From assembly GCA_051294375.1 (NCBI GenBank), contig CM119269.1:20130814-20194813 (forward strand): a stretch of 64,000 bases of DNA, written 5' to 3'. The position numbers and the translations under genes were made by a program. The notes under the pieces are model-generated. The model ran no database searches and was not told the DNA's origin. It saw nothing but the letters and a program-made list of their open reading frames with translations. The number at the start of each line of letters is the position of its first letter. Within the stretch, counting starts at the first letter, position 1. Below, piece after piece: positions 15,157 through 28,186 of this stretch. This DNA is from Paraspadella gotoi. Taxonomy: Eukaryota; Animalia; Chaetognatha.

Positions 15157-15420
15157 AATGTGTTGCGCCGCAGCCTTCTCACGTATATTTATCGTGATAT
15201 GACATGACGGAATGACTACAATAACTTTTTAGCCTGTGTATTATTTTAGGATTTTCTGTAGGCGATGCAAGCAGTCACTTAGATTTGAGGTTTTTTCCTG
15301 ACTTAACAAATGAACATCCAACTCGAGGCAAATTATAAGCGTTTTTCACATAAGTGGAATAGACCGAAGGACAGACGTACCGACGGACGGAGCGACAGAC
15401 CGAAAACTGACTTATAGAGT
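15157..15420 (+). mobile_element. Dispersed repeat with a (GACA/GACG)-type microsatellite core, DINE-1/HINE-like; second diverged copy at ~16177-16465
   Basis: The two copies share aatgtgttgcgccgca, tgacatgac, ttttaggattt, ttaacaaatga and gacagac...gaccgaaaa(c/t)tgacttata. The class assignment is inference. Confidence 0.5.
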
Positions 15421-15799
15421 TGCTCCGCGAGTACTCGAATGGATTCGACCTTGAGCAAACCAAAGTTTCCCGACGCAATGAAATCAATTAATTTTATTTG
15501 TAATTAGGTAAGGAAACCTGTCTTCTTTTCCAAATGGCGATCCGGGAATAACTCGTTTGTCAGGTTTACCTATATGACTTTAATCATTTGTGCTTTCCTT
15601 TTTTTTAAATCTAATTTCTTAATTGTAATAATACGATTATTTTACCCGTTTTTGTGTCTTTCTTCTTGGAGGAAGGTAGGAGCAAATTTCACTTTTTTTT
15701 TCCACTGTGCTGCGCAGCGAGATTGCCTTTAAGACTGCGACGTTAAAACCTTTGATATTTACCTCCCACTGTGCATAAAATTAAAAAAAAAGGGAAACA

Positions 15800-18700
15800 A
15801 TGGCGGTTGTGACGGACACAGTGATATTTTACGTGAGGGTCGATCGTGAGATGATGAAGAACGTTAAAGACATCGAAGATCGATTTGAGAAAATTCGACG
15901 CGAAATGTTCATGATGGAAAACAACGACGACGACGACGACTTTAATAAAAAAACCATTGACCTCTCGGTGGAGGGTTGTCCGGCCCTCGCCATGATTGTG
16001 TATCATCTCAAGGTACGGTTAAGGTTAATAAGAGATGAATAAAAAAAAAAAGAGCGAGACCTTTATTTTAATTTTGTGACACTTTTTTGTTTCATTCATT
16101 TCATTCATTCGAACCAATAGTATACTAGCTCAATTATGAAAGTTGTACTTGTAACTAAAACAAGATCGGTTCATCTAATGTGTTGCGCCGCATTGACTTG
16201 CATTTCTCGTGAAATGACATGACTTGACACTACATGACATGAATACAGGATTACAAACACTTTCTTAACCGGTGTATTTTTGACATGCACTGCATCGGAA
16301 TTCCGTTATAGTTTTAGGATTTCCTGAGGGAAGCGCTAGCAGTCCTAGGATTTGATGTTTGTCTTAACAAATGAGCAACTAACTATAGGCGAATTATGTG
16401 CATTTTGAACGTAAGTGGGACAGACAGACCGATCGACCGACAGATCGACCGAAAATTGACTTATAATGTAATGGCGAGTAATGGCGGCGCAACTAAAAAT
16501 ACAAGTAAGGATTTTCGACAATATTCGTCGATACAGAATGGGAGTCACGCAACCATCAAACTTTATAACGATGGCCTCATCAACGTTGAAGTTCAGTTCA
16601 CGGAATTAAAGAATTTGACGCTGTCCGCGACTTCGAAGTATCACGCGCGATTGTTGGAGCAATTTGGGGCGAATGTCGTCAAGGAATCTAACATTCTCTG
16701 CTCAGGTTTAATCCGATCTTTGATGATAATTGATTATGAACGGTTGGTGGATTTCAGTCCACCATAGTTCGAACGAGGTAACTAGTACTTAGTACTATTT
16801 TCTCCAATTATTCTATTGTTTCAAATATATTTAAAAATATATATTTTTAGTCAGTGATGAGTCTTATCATAAAGTTCAAACGATTTTTTTTCTTTAAATT
16901 TGTTTCAAACAAAAGGTCAACATCGACAGAGGCCCTTTCCTTCTCTCAGGAATCCGGCGAGGGACGGAGTTTTGGAATTACAGCGTCCTCGACGATCACC
17001 GAATCGTGGAGACGGATTGGAACGGGATCGTCTGCGAAGTCCAAACGCCCTTCAACAACATCAAAGTCGTTTCCTCGCGAAACAATGGAAACGTCATCAT
17101 GCTGGACGAAGACGTCATGCTGGCAGGTGAACGATGGGTTTGTTTTTTTTTACTCCATTTCTTTCGTTATCTGTCTCTATCTCTTTTTCTTTCCCCTGGG
17201 ATTACAATTTTATTGCGTAACGTATTCTCGTTCAGAAAGCGATTTGACTTTCCCGAGAGTTCTTTGCGGTATTGGGGATAACCTCGCCAAGCATAAGGAA
17301 GATTACGTCGACAAGGAGGTTTTGATTTTGGGCGGAGGGATCGGGGGCAACCTGCACGAGGTATTGAAGGAGAAGCCCAAATTCGTCACAGTTGTCGAGG
17401 TAAAGTTAAGTCAGGCCGAAAAATCGTCGACGCGTAATATAATACACTCATGTACAAAAAAAAACGCGCCAATTTATAATATTAAATCCTAACGCTCTAT
17501 TAAAACAATTATATACAACAATTTTAAATTTTAAAATTTTAAATTTTTTTTAAATTTAAAATTTTATTATAATTTGTCAAGTAGTTTAAAAGATATGATT
17601 TTTTAAACTTGAGTGTCCCAAAACCAAATGGGAAAATCTACTTTTATCTAAAAGCTTCAGAATCATAGACCTATCTTTTATCGTATATTTCAATAACCTT
17701 AACATTATTATTTAGGGATATGGGGCAATCCCGTTAACTAGATAGCCCTCCAAATGTCCAGTGTAATTTTTTCATTTTTTAATCTACTATAAGGAATATA
17801 AAATATTTAAAAAAAAAAAGGATTATCAGATCTATCAGATCATCAAATTTATCAGATTTTTTTACATTCAGCTTTGTGGTACAGTACTTCATTTAAAAAA
17901 AATATTGCTCCTAAACAAATAAAATTTTAGCCAATCTTCTTATCTTTCAATAAACTTAAATTCATTTTTAAATTGTTTTTTTAAATTAAAATATATAGGG
18001 TGATTTGTAAAGTCTGGTACAACCTATATAAAAAATTATCTATTCAATCAATAAATAAGCTATCTTGCCCCTGACTCATACAAAGTTTTATTTATGACAA
18101 GCAACGATGTTTATTATAATTTTTTTGTAACTAATAAAACTTTGTTTTCTCTAAACGCAACGAAAAGAAAGTCAAAACACAACGAATAAAATGTAGGATA
18201 AAATAGTTTATCATATTGACAAGTTTACAACATCAGCGATTACCGTCGTCCTGGGTTCGGAATCTGCTTACAGCTTTGCCCAGATACATGCGAACCTAAA
18301 AAAACTACCACCAAATCGGTTTAAATTTCTTTAATCATAATTCAACTACCAACGCCCCATTGCAGCTCGACGCTGAGGTTCTCAACGCTTGCCGCCAGCA
18401 TCTCCGTGGAATCTGCTTCGACGCCTTGGACGAACTGAAAGGCCCCAACCATGAAATCATCGTGGGCGATGGCTTCAAGGTTTTGCAAGACTTCATCAAC
18501 AAAGGAAAAAAGGTGGTAAACATCTATTTTTGGCATTGATTCGCTGACTAGGGGTTGAGGGGATTAAGGATACGGATGGTTTAAAGGTGGTTTAGGGTGG
18601 TTAGGGGGTTAAGGGTGAGAGTTTGGGTAATTAGTAAAGGGTAGTAAGAATTCTAGATTTAAGTTTAATTAAAATTTTAAAGGAGAGGAATGAACATTTT

Positions 18701-19099
18701 TTTTAAAAGAAATAACTACCCTTTGATCTTTTCGCGGTGATGCTGGAAATACTTTCTGCCAATTTTTTCCAGACTATTCTTTTGATTGGTTTTATTTGGT
18801 TCACTCAGGTCGACATTCTCATCGACGACATTAACCTTGAGCAGGCTGAGGAAAACTTTGCCTTCGATCCCGTCCTCTCCGAGCGAATGTTCGATCTCGC
18901 GCTCCAGGTGCTCAAGAAACCAACGGGCAAGTTTCTCATGGGCGGAAGCGGCATCACGAACCTCAATTATCACGACAACCTCCAAGCTCTCATCACTGCT
19001 CGGGGGCTAGACTACCGGACCCATAAAGTGTATCCGCCCTCTTTCATGGGGGAATGCTATGTCACTTACGAAGCCTTTTATACGGAGATGAAGGATTAA
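15800..19099 (+). CDS. SMS: Spermine synthase-family protein with a variant cofactor motif (GGGIGG); 404 aa; exons 15800-16012, 16537-16705, 16758-16777, 16916-17126, 17236-17399, 18366-18512, 18809-19099
   Basis: All introns are GT-AG and phase-consistent; 1215 nt open. [96 protein letters not shown] and VYPPSF parallel animal spermine synthase motifs, including its N-terminal domain. Confidence 0.92.
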
Positions 19100-20802
19100 G
19101 AAAAGTGGTGCAAGCGGTCCGATCTGTACTCTTAACTAGTCTATATAAATTGGTTAACATTAGATGCTACGTGGATGGTAAAAACCTACATATGTTTTCT
19201 ATACGTTCTCTCGTCTTTTCATATTTATATTTTATTCAAAAACCTTAAAAAATCATCATCATTAGCTGAATTTTATGTTTTTTTTAAATTTTTACCAATA
19301 AAACAACAAAAATTTTTAAAAGTTGTATTAATAACTTTTATCTAACTTTTAAAGCTCTATCAGAATCTATTAAAAAAATAAAAATAAAAAAAAATTTTAA
19401 CTTTATATAGTATTAAAATAATCTTTAAATTCTTCCGTGTGCTTATTAATAAGATAATTTTTTAAAATTATTTTTATTTTCATATTCTCTAACAGTCACT
19501 TTACCATTATTTATTTGAGAGAACTTCTAGTTTTTAACCGATTCCGGCCTACTGTATACCTCACCTTTTAAAGTTTGCGTACGTACATAAAAGTTTTTTG
19601 ATATATTTCGAGAGCCCACTTTTATTTTTAAGAAAAAAATGGTTAAAAAGTTATTTACCGCAAGGGTAAAAATTTCGAGTTTAAGTTTATTTTTTTGGTT
19701 TATTTTACGAATCTTATCTTTATCTTTAAAATTACAAGAATAACAACAATGCAAATGCAATTTTTTAAAACCATAACTGTAATGATAAACAGGCCATTAT
19801 ATTTGGCAAAAGAGAAGACAAATTTTAAAACATTTTTGTAGATTTTATTAAGCAAGAAATCATCATCGTAGCCATATGCGTGCAAAACAATCAAAAAAGC
19901 GTTTTGTGCCAATTATTTTTATTTAATTTTTTATTTCAATCATTAAAATTCGTTTTCCAGTTTCGGAAGAGGCGGAGAGCATAGGGGTATGTTGTAGTGT
20001 GGGTTTTTAGCCATCAAAATGCCTTTTTTTACAGGATATTTAAAAAAAAGAGAAATAAAATTAAAACGAGCGAGAAATATTTTTTTGTTTTTGTATGTTT
20101 TTTAAAAAGACATTCAAAAAACAAAGAAGATTCGTACAAAAAAACAAAATAGGGAAACGTGAATTTTTTTCCGTTAATAATAATAGTACATTGTCCGATT
20201 AAAAAAGAAAACACATTTATAAATTCAACAAAAACGCGATCCAGGATTAACATCGAAGCGAAAAAAAAAAAACTTTTTTTTTTTTTTTTTTTGAGGCGTG
20301 GCCGCTCGAGATTAAAAATAATAAAGAAAAGAAATTAGACGAAATTTTCTTTCGTCAACAACGAATCAAACGAGCGACGTCACCTCACAAAAAAAAAAGA
20401 TTGTTTCTTTGTTTTTGTTTATTTGTAGAAAGCGATATTTCATCGGTGGCGACATCGATTTTAAAAGGGGGAGGAGGGAAAGAGGCGGAGAAAGGCGGAT
20501 GTAGGGGTATGAACCAAAAAAAAAGGGGGTGGAAGGGTGAAGGGCTGAGAAAAGGGGGTATCGGAATGGGTAGGGAAGGGGGGGGAAAGTAAAAAAAAAG
20601 AAGACAAATCTGAGAGTTTCTTTTCTTTCATAATTCCTCTTTTATTCCTGGATGCAACGAGAAGGCTGGGCGGGGGCAAGGGGGAAAAAAAAGGGTGGAG
20701 GAGAAAAGTGGAGGCTGGGCAGGCGTTAGACCGGCACAGGCGGCGTAGTAGTTCTGGGAGGAATCGCGGAGGCGACTGAAGTCTGGGCGAGATGTTTCGA
20801 TG

Positions 20803-23800
20803 CTAAAATCGTTGACCCTCATTGAAATCTTTGCCATCGAATTCCTGAATTGAAGTTAGTTCAAGGTTATAGAAAAATACGAGAGAGACAGGGGACGTTA
20901 AAGACGAGAGAGACAGGGGACGTTAAAGATGAGAGTGACAGGGACATTAAAGACGAGAGAGACAGGGGTTTAAAGACGAGAGAGACAGGACGTAAAGACG
21001 AGGGACAGGGGACGTTAAAGACGAGAGAGACAGGGACGTTAAAAGACGAGAGAGACAGGGGACGTTAAAGACGAGAGAGACAGAGGACGTTAAAGATGAG
21101 AGAGCACAGGGGACGTTAAAGATGAGAGTGACAGGGGACGTTAAAGATGAGAGAGTCAGGGGTCGTTAAAGACGAAGGACAGGGGACGTTAAAGACGAGA
21201 GAGACAGGGAATCAAAGATGAGAGAGACAGGGGAGTTAAAGATGAGAGACAGGGAGTTAAAGTGAGAGAGTCAGGGGACGTTAAAGATGAGAGAGACAGG
21301 GGACGTAAAGAGAGAGAGACAGGGGACGTTAAAGATGAGAGAGACAGGGGACGTTAAGATGAGAGAGACAGGGGACGTTAAAGACAGAGAGACAGGGGAC
21401 TTTAAAGACGAGAGTGACAGGGGATGTTAAAGATGAGAGAGTCAGGGGACGTTAAAGATGAGAGAGACAGGGGAGGTTAAAGACGAGAGAGACAGGGGAC
21501 GTTAAAGATAAGAAGAGACAGGGACGTTAAAGATGAGAGAGACAGGGGACGTTAAAGACGAGAGAGACAGGGGAGGTTAAAGACGAGAGAAGATAGACGA
21601 GAGTGACAGGGGACGTAAAGACGAGAGAGACAGGGGACGTTAAAGATGAGAGAGACAGGTGATGTTAAAGAGAGAGAGATAGGGGACGTTAAAGATGAGA
21701 GAGATAGGGACATTAAAGATGAGAGAGACAGGGACATTAAAGACGAGAGAGACAGGGACGTTAAGACGAGAGAGACAGGGGACGTTAAATACGAGAGAGA
21801 CAGGGGACGTTAAAGATGAGAGTGACAGGGGACATTAAAGACGAGAGAGACAGGGGATGTTAAAGACGAGAGAGACAGGCGACGACTTAAGACGAGAGAG
21901 ACAGGGGACATTAAAGACGAGAGAGACAGGGGACGTTAAAGATGAGAGAGACAGGGACATTAAAGACGAGAGAGACAGGGGACGTTAAAGACGAGAGTGG
22001 CAGGGGACGTTAAAGACGAGAGTGACAGGGACGTTAAAGACGAGAAGAGACAGGGACGTTAAAGACGAGAGAGTACAGGGGACATTAAAGTTAAAGAAGT
22101 TATAGAAAAAGTAAGCAAAACGAAAAGTAATAAAACATAAATGAATCGGAAAATTTAACAATAAAATGATTATGAATTCCAGAAGAAGGAATTTCTTGCA
22201 ATAAGTTTTTTTTTTTAAGTGTCCCTTTCCCAGCAAATTTTTTTCCCCCAATTGTTTTAACAAAACGACAAGGTACTTCGCCTAACTAGATCGAGTGCGC
22301 CTTAATCCCCAACACCTTGAAATTTTCTCACCTGCCTCTCTTGCCCCACCCCCGCGCCCGCTCCCGATCCCAATCCGGCGCCCGCCTCCGTCTCGTTCTT
22401 CTTCTTGATTTCCCTCGCCTCCTCCACCCCAACTTTGGTGAGCATGAGGAGAGTGAGGCCATAGCACAGCCCCGCCCAGGCGTGAAAGCCCAGGCATGTC
22501 AGGGTGATGGCGCAGGCGAGGAGGGAGAGCAACGTCACGCTGTTGAAGATGATCCCGCCGAAGATGTTGGACACGTGCTTGCCCCGACCATCGAAGGGGG
22601 ATTTTCTGTGAGGGGGGGGGGTCGCAATTTGCCATATTAAATGGGGGGAAAAAATAAAGGACTTTAATCTGCTGTTCATAACATTAAGAAAGCAGGAACG
22701 TCATACAAAATCTTAACACGGGCTTTAAGTGCGGGCAACCCGAACTTTGCACTCATAATCGATTTGGCATGCTGAGAATTTGGTGACCAACAAAGAAAAC
22801 CATTTTAGTGACTCAAATATTCGACATCTCACATATCTTACTTAATTGCAGAAAAAACGACAGATAGATAAACTACCAATCAAAGACTAATAGAGTTCAG
22901 GACCTTAAAAAGTATTTAATATGAAGTATTAAGAAATAAAATACGACGAACCTTTTTCGTTTTGATTTGGCGTGAGGCGCCGGATCGACGACAATGTCAT
23001 CGTCGAAGGCGGCGTCGGCGGCGCCGCTCGGTGAGGCCGCGCCGCCGGACGAGGCGCTGGAGGCTTTGCGCGACTTCCTGACGGCGCCGGAAGAGGCGTT
23101 AGAAGTGGCGCTGAATTTCCGACTATTCCGTCTTGGCTGCGCAGGTGAAGGAATTTGCTCTGGCGGGAAAACGTTTGAAATAGATTCCATGAAGTCAAAA
23201 TTTTGCGAATGTTCAATGATTGATTGAAAAAATAATTGAGTAAATTTGTACAAGTAGGTAAATGGCAAGTTTGATCGATGACAAAACTTGAACACAATGG
23301 TTTCTATCTCAACTAAAATCCTCACCCGCTTCCACGATGGCCTGCGTTGAGGATGTCCTCGACATCCCCTTTCCCCCAGCCTTCTTCAATACCGTCATCT
23401 CCAGTTTTGCGGCTTCCGGGGAACCTCAGGGAGCAGAGTTTTGTCGACAGGCGACGCCTGTGAAAGCCTGGCGACTAATGGAAGAGAGGGGTTGACAACG
23501 AGGGTAATGTTTTGTTTTTTGTTTTGTTTTTTGGGGGGCGGTTTTTTTTGTTTTGTTTTTTTACAAGATTCTGAATTCTGAACTTTTTTTTATTTGGATC
23601 AAGCCAGAGATTTGAATAAATCCTTGACGTTTGTGTTATCAAAGGATATGAATTTTGCCTGGGATGTTCGTTTATTCCTTCGTGATTAAATTTTTTTCAG
23701 GTGTTTTTTTTTAAACGAATAATTTAATCCTTGGTGTTTGTGTTATACAAGGATATGATTCAGGATTATAAATTTGGTCTTTTAGTAATTACATCTCATC

Positions 23801-26077
23801 AAGTAAAGTCTCCACGTGAAAAAATATTACTTTAGTCCACATTTTCCTTTTATTTTCAAGAAATTGAAGTTATTTATTAACTTTGTTTTAGTCGAATTTT
23901 TTTTCCCAAGAAGATAAAATCATCACTTAATGTCTTTTACAGAATGGCTTCGTTTATTTGATAAAAAAAGATATTTTAGCACAGAGGAATTTTGTTTTCT
24001 CCGCTTTAATTGTTTACTTTTTTACCCAAACAAATTATTATTCAAAGTATTTTTGTGAGGCGTTTTTTTTTTTAATTCAAGGCGCATTTTAAGCCACTCT
24101 TATTCATTTTTTTGGCGAAATTTTTTTTTATGTTTTTTGAAAAGAAGACAATATATTTATAACATGATGTGCGTTTCAGCATGAAACTTGATACTGAAAT
24201 TTCATCCGGAGAAATTGACACCAAGTTTAGGTTCAATTTTATTTTACTCGGTAAGTTATTGTGTAATTTTCTCTCTTTTCGTTGTTCAATAAGATCAGCA
24301 GATTCGAAAACGAAAGTTATATTAAGTAAGATAACAATATGTATTTCATTGCTATCATTTTATAACTAACTTTTTAGTTCTGAGATAGAGTTGGCAACCT
24401 CATCCTAGTTAAATGAGTGAAAGTAAAGTGTTTGTTGTTTTTTATACTTTTTTTTTTACGAAGAACCAAATCTAATTTATCTGAGTAGCAGAATTTGTCA
24501 TCTTTTTAGACGATTACAGAAAACTGATTTATATTTTGTTTAGCCAGTATGTGAAATTTTGACTAATTATAACGGGAAAATTTGACTATTGATTTCGGTT
24601 CGTGGCAGAAATCTTTTGGGTAAATCCGTTGTTCGATGGTTTTCAACTTAATCCTTAGTAATTAATTCGCGTTAAATCCAAAAATACTCGACGAATGTGA
24701 TCGTCTGTCGAAGCCGATGACTCTTCTTATTTTCGTCCATGTAATAAACAACAACCAAAACAAAAAGGAAACAAGTAAAAAAACAAAACAAAACAAAAAC
24801 GCCGAATAAAAAAATAATTGGCAGCGATGAATTTGAGCTTCGTTGTTTTCGTTATGATTGTTTTTGTTTATGAAAAGATTTTGCTTTTTCTTTCCTTTTT
24901 TTGGGGGGGTTTCGTTTTGTTTTGTTTTTTTGTTTTTGTTTTATTCGCGGCAAGAGGGGAAGTATCGAGTCATGGAGAGAGAAAGAAATGCACCATGATC
25001 ACCATAGATGAGATTATAAAAAATAAAAAAAAATCCTTTTGGAGTTCATTCATCTGCTGGCTTCACTATTCCTTCTCCACATTTCCGGGACACACTTGTG
25101 GTTTTTCCTTTTTTTTATTTTACTCTCGGTACAGAAGCTCCCACGAACCAGAGAGAGAGAGAGAGAGAGGAATCGGATGGCAAGAGGCACGGCGTTAGAA
25201 ATGGTAGGAATATTTTTTTAAATTAAAATAATTTTGTTAACCTTTTTTAAAAAAGATGAATTTTTTTTTATTTATTTCTTTATTTATTTTTTTATTTATC
25301 AAAAATATTAATTCAGAAATTATTAAAGTTTTAAGTTTAAAAATTATAATATAGGGTAGGTATAGGTATAAGGTTAGGGCTTATGTTAAGGATTTAGTTA
25401 ATTAAAGTTAGAGATTAGAGAATAATTGTAATAATAATAATAATGATGGTGATTAAGGTTAGGAATTATAAAAAAAGATAAGGTTTCGGTTAAGTATTTT
25501 GTTAAATATTAAAATTGAATATTTAGGTTAAACATTAATTTATTTTTTTTTTAAATAATGCCAAAATGGTATATATAAAGTTTAGGATGAATCAATTTTA
25601 TTTTTTATAAAGAATAGCAATTATTTAAAAATCAAATCAGATAATAGATTTAAAAAAAGCTATTTTTAACAATGAAATATTAATTAAACTAAATATTTTT
25701 ATTATTATTATTATTATTATTATTTTATTATTAATCAACTTGTAAAAAAAAGAACTATTTTAATTTTATTCTTAGAGAACGATAGGAATTTTTTACGTTC
25801 CTACGAGCAGTCGATGCCGTGCCAGAGAAGCCAGAATCCCAGTCCTTGCTTCCTCTGCAACGCACGCACTTGCAACTGGGAACTGACGACGACGACGACG
25901 ACGACGACGATCGCGGACGTTCGGTCCCGAGAAAGACGAGGATGAAAATAACAAAGACACTCTGCGATACCGGCACGGCAGTGCCGGAGCGGTGACGGGG
26001 CGTTGATGGGGTAATGTCGGGGGCCGTGATGAAACGGTATGGAGAAGGAAAGGAGCCGGGAGGGTGAAGGGGGACAT
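20803..26077 (-). CDS. Uncharacterised protein with a disordered N-terminal part and two C-terminal TM helices; exons 23326-23474, 22952-23159, 22332-22605, 20803-20844; tentative 5' exon ~25797-26077
   Basis: GC-rich exons with GT-AG ends. The last three splice in frame: EQIPSPAQPRRNSRKFS...KSPFDGRGKHVSNIFGGIIFNSVTLLSLLACAITLTCLGFHAWAGLCYGLTLLMLTKVG...EFDGKDFNEGQRF*. The 5' exons are disturbed by indels and the start is uncertain. Confidence 0.6.
20878..22090 (+). repeat. 25-bp minisatellite GA(C/T)GAGAGAGACAGGGGACGTTAAA in the last intron of the TM gene; duplicate at ~31407-32430
   Basis: Head-to-tail units with no spacers over ~1.2 kb. Confidence 0.97.
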
Positions 26078-26299
26078 CTTACCGCCGGAGGACCGGGGAC
26101 TCACCAGAGTAGTGACCAATCGAAACGAACAAAGGATCAATACGGTTCTAGGAATTAAAATGCCTGAGCGGTGCCAAGGTGAAGCTAGGGCAGTGCAGGC
26201 AGACTAAATGGATATAATATCCGAGCGTCGACGACCGCGATGGAAAAATAATGGGGAAAAAGTCGCCTTATGCAGGTGGAGAGTGATGGGGAGGGAGGG

Positions 26300-26440
<141 letters not shown>

Positions 26441-28186
26441 GTGAAAAGAAGAGAGAAAGAGAAAGAACCATGAAGAGAGAAAGAAAGTGAGTGAGCCTTT
26501 TTAATCAGATCCCAGACTTTCTTGGCTACAGCTTTTCAAACCGCAAGAATCCAGCCATGAATACCGATGGAAGTCCAGTTCGACCCGACTAATCTTTTGT
26601 TTTTTTCAAAATCGATGTTGATTCAGTTTTATGAACGTCTTTGTTTCCCTCTGGTGAATAAAACCGGCGAAAATGAAATCGTGAAAACAAGTTTGGCATT
26701 GTAGTTTCGAGTAGAAGAAAAAAAAAACCTTTAATTTTAATTTTATTTTCTTTTGTTTTACTAATCATCATTAAATTTACATAAGATTTTGGTTTTGTGC
26801 ATGGAGGAACAGACAAGCCTCTTGACCTGTCGTGCATCAACATTAAAAAATTAACGTAGCAGTTATGTACATACATTGAGAAAAAAAGTTTTTCTGGTCT
26901 CGGTGATTGGATTTTAGTTTAACGCCAATAACGATGGTGTTCCAGGAAAAAAATTCGGGAAAAGAAGAAAATTGATGTTGGCTAAAAAAAAAAATTAAAA
27001 AAAAGAAACCAAAAACATTGAATTTCGTGAGAATCGGGGAAAAATTGGATGAAAGCCGAACACAAACCGAGCTCATGGATTTCTTTTTTTTTCCCCCGTT
27101 TTAAAAATTAACGCTACTGTTCGCTCATTATTACAGTCAGTCTTATAAAAGTTGGATTCATGCTATCGATTGTCGCTTTTTTATAAAAAAAAATGTTTTT
27201 TCCTAAACAATTTAAATTTTATTTTATTCCAGTTTTAACTATTTTCCTATGTTTGTATTTCTGACTATTTTTTTATCCATCAAATCTCAAAGTAAGGTTA
27301 TATGCTTTATTACTGGAGTTGAAATTTCCAAGAGTCGAATCAAAATAAAAACAACATGGCGCGTTATCGAATACGTTTGTGTTTGCAAAGCGAGAAAAAC
27401 GTCGTTGTTTTGGTTAGTAAATGATTTTACATGCTTTTTCCATGGTGATACATGGTACATAATTTAACTCGGTATTTAGGAAGAAAAGTCGTGCCACTTT
27501 AGGTTATTTTTATGCAAAACGAACTCAACTGCAAAAACATGAATAAGCTAAGAATCAAAAGCTTAGAAACACATTTAGCATTACGTTGTATTGGCTTTCG
27601 TTATATTACTGTAAAACATCTCCAACTTTTGGTTTTTAAAATATTGAAGATATAGGGATTGTTAAAAGAAATTAACTTTATTTTCATTAAGGGCATGATC
27701 TCTTCTCCCATACTCTTGTCCAAAGTTGATTTTAAAAATCCAAATTATGAAATATACACAAAATGAAAACTCAGAACTTCCGCTTTCTACTAATCTTGTC
27801 AAACATTGCATGTGCCTTCAAAAATTAGCACCTTCTTAACAAATGATATTAAATCCTCTGCATCCAATCATCATCATCATCAAATAATCCGATCTTTCTA
27901 AACGCCTAATACCTTCCACCTCCCACCCTTATCTCGATGCGATCTCCGAAGTATCAGAACTTCCTCCCCCGACGTCTGAAACAATTTACTTTTACCTTTC
28001 TAGCAATCTCTCCTCTTTCTTTTCTCTTCTTTTCTTTCCACCTATCTTTCCTATTCCTTTCTGGTAGATGATATTTTTTTCTTCCCCTCTCATCTCTCTA
28101 TCCTTTCAACCTCGTCCTCTCACGGTCTCCTTTTATACCTCTACCCCTCTATCTCACTCCCCCATTTAAATCATCTCGATCCCCTT

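Noticed and set aside
20878-22090. Repeat array resembling CRISPR, and its repetitive ORFs
   Set aside because: Units are contiguous with no unique spacers, the context is a eukaryotic intron, and there are no cas genes.
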